Assembly (NCBI GenBank): GCA_963835065.1
Contig: CAWIEK010000049.1
Location: 512,001-576,000, forward strand
From: an uncultured Chthonomonadaceae bacterium
GTDB lineage: Bacteria > Armatimonadota > Chthonomonadetes > Chthonomonadales > Chthonomonadaceae
Reading direction: 5' to 3'
DNA: 64,000 nt
Below, in pieces: positions 60,679-64,000 of this stretch. The notes under the pieces were generated by a model. The model was not told where the DNA came from. It did no database searches and was given only the letters and a program-made list of their open reading frames with translations. Each line of letters opens with the position of its first letter. The stretch's first letter is position 1. Both the position numbers and the translations under genes were made by a program.

Positions 60679-61863
60679 TCAATTACTGAGCCTCTCATGC
60701 AGCAGCCGCTCGATTGCCGCTTGAAATGTGCCGTAGTCGCGGTCGCCTTCCCACCGATAGCGCACACGCCCCTGCGCGTCTATCAGGAGCGATACGGGAA
60801 CCTCCTCCATGCCGCCAAATGCCCGCCGCGCTTCTTCGGTGGACAGCGCCTGCCGGTATTCGACACCGTTGGCGCTGCACCAGGTTTGTACAACTTCCCG
60901 GCTTTTGTCCCCAACAGTCAGGCCAACCACAGCGACATTGCGCGTCCGGTACGTCTTGTCAATCCTGACTAGATCGGGGATTTCCCGCTTGCAGGCGGGA
61001 CACCAGGTTCCCCAAAAGTTGAGGAGCGTGATTTTGCCTTTCAAGTCGTCGCTCCGAAACGGCTTGCCTGTCAAATCTTCCACGTCAAACGTCGGCGCAG
61101 GGTCGGAGCGAGTCGGAACCTGCGCCGTAACATCGGCAAGCAGCGCGGAAGCGGGCCAATTGCCCTGTTCCCCCTGCCACCACTGCTGCCACTGCGCCAC
61201 AATCGGGCGGCGCTTGGCTTCCCCATCCAGCGTAGAGTAGTGCCAGGGGTTGCCGGTCAATTTGTTAAGCGCATGTATCGCACTGGAGGACACGGCTTCA
61301 TTGGGGTCGGTAATAGCGCGCATGAGCATGGGAACCGCCTGTTTGTCTACGCCGCTGTTGGGGCGTCCGGCGCGGGTATTAAGCTGTACGGCGGCGTCTT
61401 CGCGTATCCAGGTATCCTCATCCCGTAATCCGGCCAGCAGCAGGCGCAGGCCGCGCGGCTTGTCCATGGCAATCAAATCTTCCAGCGCGCGCTTGCGCAC
61501 CTCGCTGTTCGAGTCGGTAAACGCCTGTTCCACCGCATTCACGGCGGCAGGTGAACGCAGTTTCATCAGCGAATCCACTGCGGCGTAGCGGATCGCGGGG
61601 TTGGCGTCTTGCGCGTAGCGCAGCGTTTCCGCTTCCACGCGCTGGGCAGGAACACCCGCCAATCGCTTCTCCAAAACTCCACCCGCCTCGTCCATGTCCA
61701 CCTGCGGCGTCGCGTTCGCAGCCGCATGACGGACGCGAACAAAGATACTGCCCATTATAGCGATAAGCGCCAGACTCCACAGCAGACGCCTACGGATATG
61801 TCGGGACGAGCGCGATGGAAGAGGTAAATTGGGCGCGTTGGGCGCGGTTCGGGTGGTAGTCAC
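60679..61863 (-). CDS. Membrane-anchored HEAT-repeat plus TlpA/redoxin protein
   Basis: HEAT-like repeats; LKGKITLLNFWGTWCPACKREIP. Confidence 0.8.
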   Translation of the reverse strand: MTTTRTAPNAPNLPLPSRSSRHIRRRLLWSLALIAIMGSIFVRVRHAAANATPQVDMDEAGGVLEKRLAGVPAQRVEAETLRYAQDANPAIRYAAVDSLMKLRSPAAVNAVEQAFTDSNSEVRKRALEDLIAMDKPRGLRLLLAGLRDEDTWIREDAAVQLNTRAGRPNSGVDKQAVPMLMRAITDPNEAVSSSAIHALNKLTGNPWHYSTLDGEAKRRPIVAQWQQWWQGEQGNWPASALLADVTAQVPTRSDPAPTFDVEDLTGKPFRSDDLKGKITLLNFWGTWCPACKREIPDLVRIDKTYRTRNVAVVGLTVGDKSREVVQTWCSANGVEYRQALSTEEARRAFGGMEEVPVSLLIDAQGRVRYRWEGDRDYGTFQAAIERLLHERLSN

Positions 61864-62083
61864 AGATCGCTCCTCAGAAAAAATAAGCCGCAAATAGACG
61901 CGAATACGCGGAAGGCAGGAAACGCAGTCAACACTGTAAAAAGCACGTATAAGAAGTTGGCGGCGCGTTTGCTAATTTTCCTTCTGCTTCCTTATAGCAG
62001 ACGCCCTTGCCCATACAACAAACTTTGGTGAAAGAAGGTTCCCTAATGCCGAAAACATACGCCCTGCGAGGAGAAATCCGCCC

Positions 62084-63142
62084 TTGATGCGCTGGCTGCT
62101 GCTGTTTGTTCCCATCAGTCTTGTGATGACGCTGCTGAAAGCGCCTCCCGTCTGGATGTTCGCGGTTTCCTGCCTGTCCATCATCCCCCTTGCCGGCGTT
62201 TTGGGCGAGGCGACGGAAGAACTGGCGAAAGCGCGGGGTCCGGCGGTTGGCGGCCTGCTCAACGCCACCTTCGGCAACGCGACGGAATTGATTATCTGCA
62301 TCGTCGCCTTGCAGCGCGGCGAGATCGCGATTGTCAAAGCGTCTCTCATCGGCAGCATCATCGGCAATATATTACTCGTTTTGGGGCTGTCTATCCTGCT
62401 TGGCGGCGTAAAACATAAAATCCAGACGTTCAACGTGGATGTGGCGCAGGCGCATGCGACGATGCTGGCGCTTGCCGCCGTCGCCCTGCTCGTGCCCGCG
62501 CTGTTCGCGCGCAGCGTACCCGGCATCAACGAACACGCCAGTAATCCCGATATTCAAAAACTCAGCGTGGGCGTTGCCATTGTGGACATTGTGATTTACA
62601 TCGGCAGCCTGATTTTTGCGTTTTGCACCCATGAACAACTTTTCCAGCCGGGGGGAGAACACGAAAGCGAACCAATTAAGTGGTCGCAGGGCAAGGCCAT
62701 TTTGATTCTGCTCATTGCTACCCTTGCCATTGCCTTTGAAAGCGAAGTTCTGGTCGGCAGCATCGAGCCGGTCGTGCATCAATGGGGATTAAGCAAGCTG
62801 TTTGTGGGGATCATTATTGTCCCGATTATCGGCAATGCGGCGGAACACAGCACGGCGGTCATGATGGCGATGCGCAACAAAATGGACATCAGCCTCAACA
62901 TTGCCGTATCGTCAAGTACGCAGATCGCCATGTTTGTCGCGCCCCTGCTGATTTTCGTCAGCCTGCTGGTGGGGCATCCCATGACCATTCTGTTCAGCAA
63001 TTTCGAGCTGATCGCCGTATCCGCCGCCGTCCTCATCGGCGTGTTGATTTCGCTGGACGGCAAAAGCCACTGGCTGGAAGGCGCTCAATTACTGGCCGTG
63101 TATGTGATTATCGCGCTGGCGTTTTTGTTTGTAGCAAGGTAG
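62084..63142 (+). CDS. cax: Ca2+/H+ antiporter
   Basis: LNATFGNATE, GSIIGNILL, IIGNAAEH, SHWLEG. Confidence 0.93.
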   Translation: MMRWLLLFVPISLVMTLLKAPPVWMFAVSCLSIIPLAGVLGEATEELAKARGPAVGGLLNATFGNATELIICIVALQRGEIAIVKASLIGSIIGNILLVLGLSILLGGVKHKIQTFNVDVAQAHATMLALAAVALLVPALFARSVPGINEHASNPDIQKLSVGVAIVDIVIYIGSLIFAFCTHEQLFQPGGEHESEPIKWSQGKAILILLIATLAIAFESEVLVGSIEPVVHQWGLSKLFVGIIIVPIIGNAAEHSTAVMMAMRNKMDISLNIAVSSSTQIAMFVAPLLIFVSLLVGHPMTILFSNFELIAVSAAVLIGVLISLDGKSHWLEGAQLLAVYVIIALAFLFVAR

Positions 63143-63146
63143 GGGG

Positions 63147-63244
63147 AAGATAAGAGATAAGAGTTTGGAACTGACGGGCTTTTTCTGCTTAGAGAAAACA
63201 TTGAGTAACAGAGGCATTTACTCTTATCTCTTATCTCTTATCTT
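63147..63244. repeat. Heptamer inverted-repeat element (AGATAAG versus CTTATCT)
   Basis: Opposed arrays after cax. Confidence 0.8.
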
Positions 63245-63260
63245 CCCCTGGGAGTTCCCC

Positions 63261-63731
63261 ATGCCCACCAACACCGAAGTAGCCCGCATCTTTTTGCGCA
63301 TTGCCGAATTGATGGCGTTTCGGGATGAGAATACGTTCAAGGTGCGCTCGTACTATCGCGCCGCCCTGACGCTGACGGCTCTGACTACGCCCTTGCAGGA
63401 AGTGGCGGAGCGTAAGGAACTGCAAACTCTGCCGGGTGTGGGCGACGCGATTGCGGGCAAAATCAGCGAAATACTTAAAACCGGAACCTGCGATCTTTAT
63501 GAGCGGCTGAAATCGGAAGTGCCGGAAGCGATACAAACAATGATGAGGGTTCCTGGCCTGTCGCCGCGTCTGGTGCGCTTGCTGGAACTGGAATTCGGCG
63601 TAGACACGCCCGCCGGATTGGTTGATCTTGTTGAGCGCGGCGATTTAGCCGAACTCGAAGGCTCGCCCCTGAAAGTGGAAGACGCCGCGCAGATACTGCG
63701 CACTGTAGAAGGGATAAGGGATAAGGGATAA
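63261..63731 (+). CDS. Stand-alone PolX N-terminal (HhH/lyase-like) domain protein
   Basis: NTEVARIF...ENTFKVRSYYRAA, LPGVGDAIAGKI, VPGLSP; no palm or PHP domain. Confidence 0.75.
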   Translation: MPTNTEVARIFLRIAELMAFRDENTFKVRSYYRAALTLTALTTPLQEVAERKELQTLPGVGDAIAGKISEILKTGTCDLYERLKSEVPEAIQTMMRVPGLSPRLVRLLELEFGVDTPAGLVDLVERGDLAELEGSPLKVEDAAQILRTVEGIRDKG

Positions 63732-64000
63732 GTGGTAAGGAATGAGACGTTTTCGACGCTGGATGTATTCGCGCCTTCCGTCACGCTGCTGCCTGCCCTG
63801 CCGCGCGCATTTTATTTGCAGGACACGCTTGTTGTCGCCAGACGCCTGCTGAACTGCTTACTGGCGCATGACAGCCCGGAGGGACTGACTGTTGGGCGCA
63901 TCTCGGAAACCGAAGCGTACACCCATGACGACCCGGCCTGCCATGCGTTTACGCGCAAGACCACCCGTAACGCCGCGATGTTCGGGCCACCCGGACATGC
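63732..64000 (+). CDS. mpg: DNA-3-methyladenine glycosylase (MPG/Aag), runs off the window
   Basis: Own translation: LPRAFY...GRISETEAY...DPACHAF...[11 protein letters not shown]. Confidence 0.88.
   Translation, partial: MVRNETFSTLDVFAPSVTLLPALPRAFYLQDTLVVARRLLNCLLAHDSPEGLTVGRISETEAYTHDDPACHAFTRKTTRNAAMFGPPGH

Noticed and set aside
1..64000. tRNA, rRNA, prophage or integrase
   Set aside because: None recognisable in the sequence or ORF track.

Overview
GC-rich bacterial chromosome window. Gene style and repeat content suggest Armatimonadota, but this is my inference and cannot be verified here. It contains: (1) a cytochrome c maturation operon ccmABCDEF with a CxxxY-type CcmE; (2) a type I restriction-modification island (hsdM, truncated rhuM, a RAYT transposase with REPs, frameshifted hsdS, vapBC, hsdR); (3) nrdR, a HAD hydrolase and a class II ribonucleotide reductase with two LAGLIDADG inteins; (4) GH36/Sip1 and GH4 glycosidases; (5) a candidate two-gene defence system, SNF2 helicase plus sacsin/HSP90-like ATPase with an HNH-like tail; (6) a CbiM/Q/O ECF metal transporter with a NikR-like operator; (7) pdxA, a probable 6S RNA and several housekeeping genes. 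Two non-coding observations stand out. A ~330-bp module occurs twice, each time next to a defence island; it has an ECF-sigma-like promoter, a strong SD, an 8-codon MxxxSRSP-stop ORF and a near-identical downstream RNA. Many families of 7-nt and 9-nt periodic, often palindromic, repeats also sit at gene junctions and are translated in frame inside proteins. Frameshifts cluster in inteins, hsdS TRDs and defence genes and may be long-read consensus errors rather than real pseudogenes.
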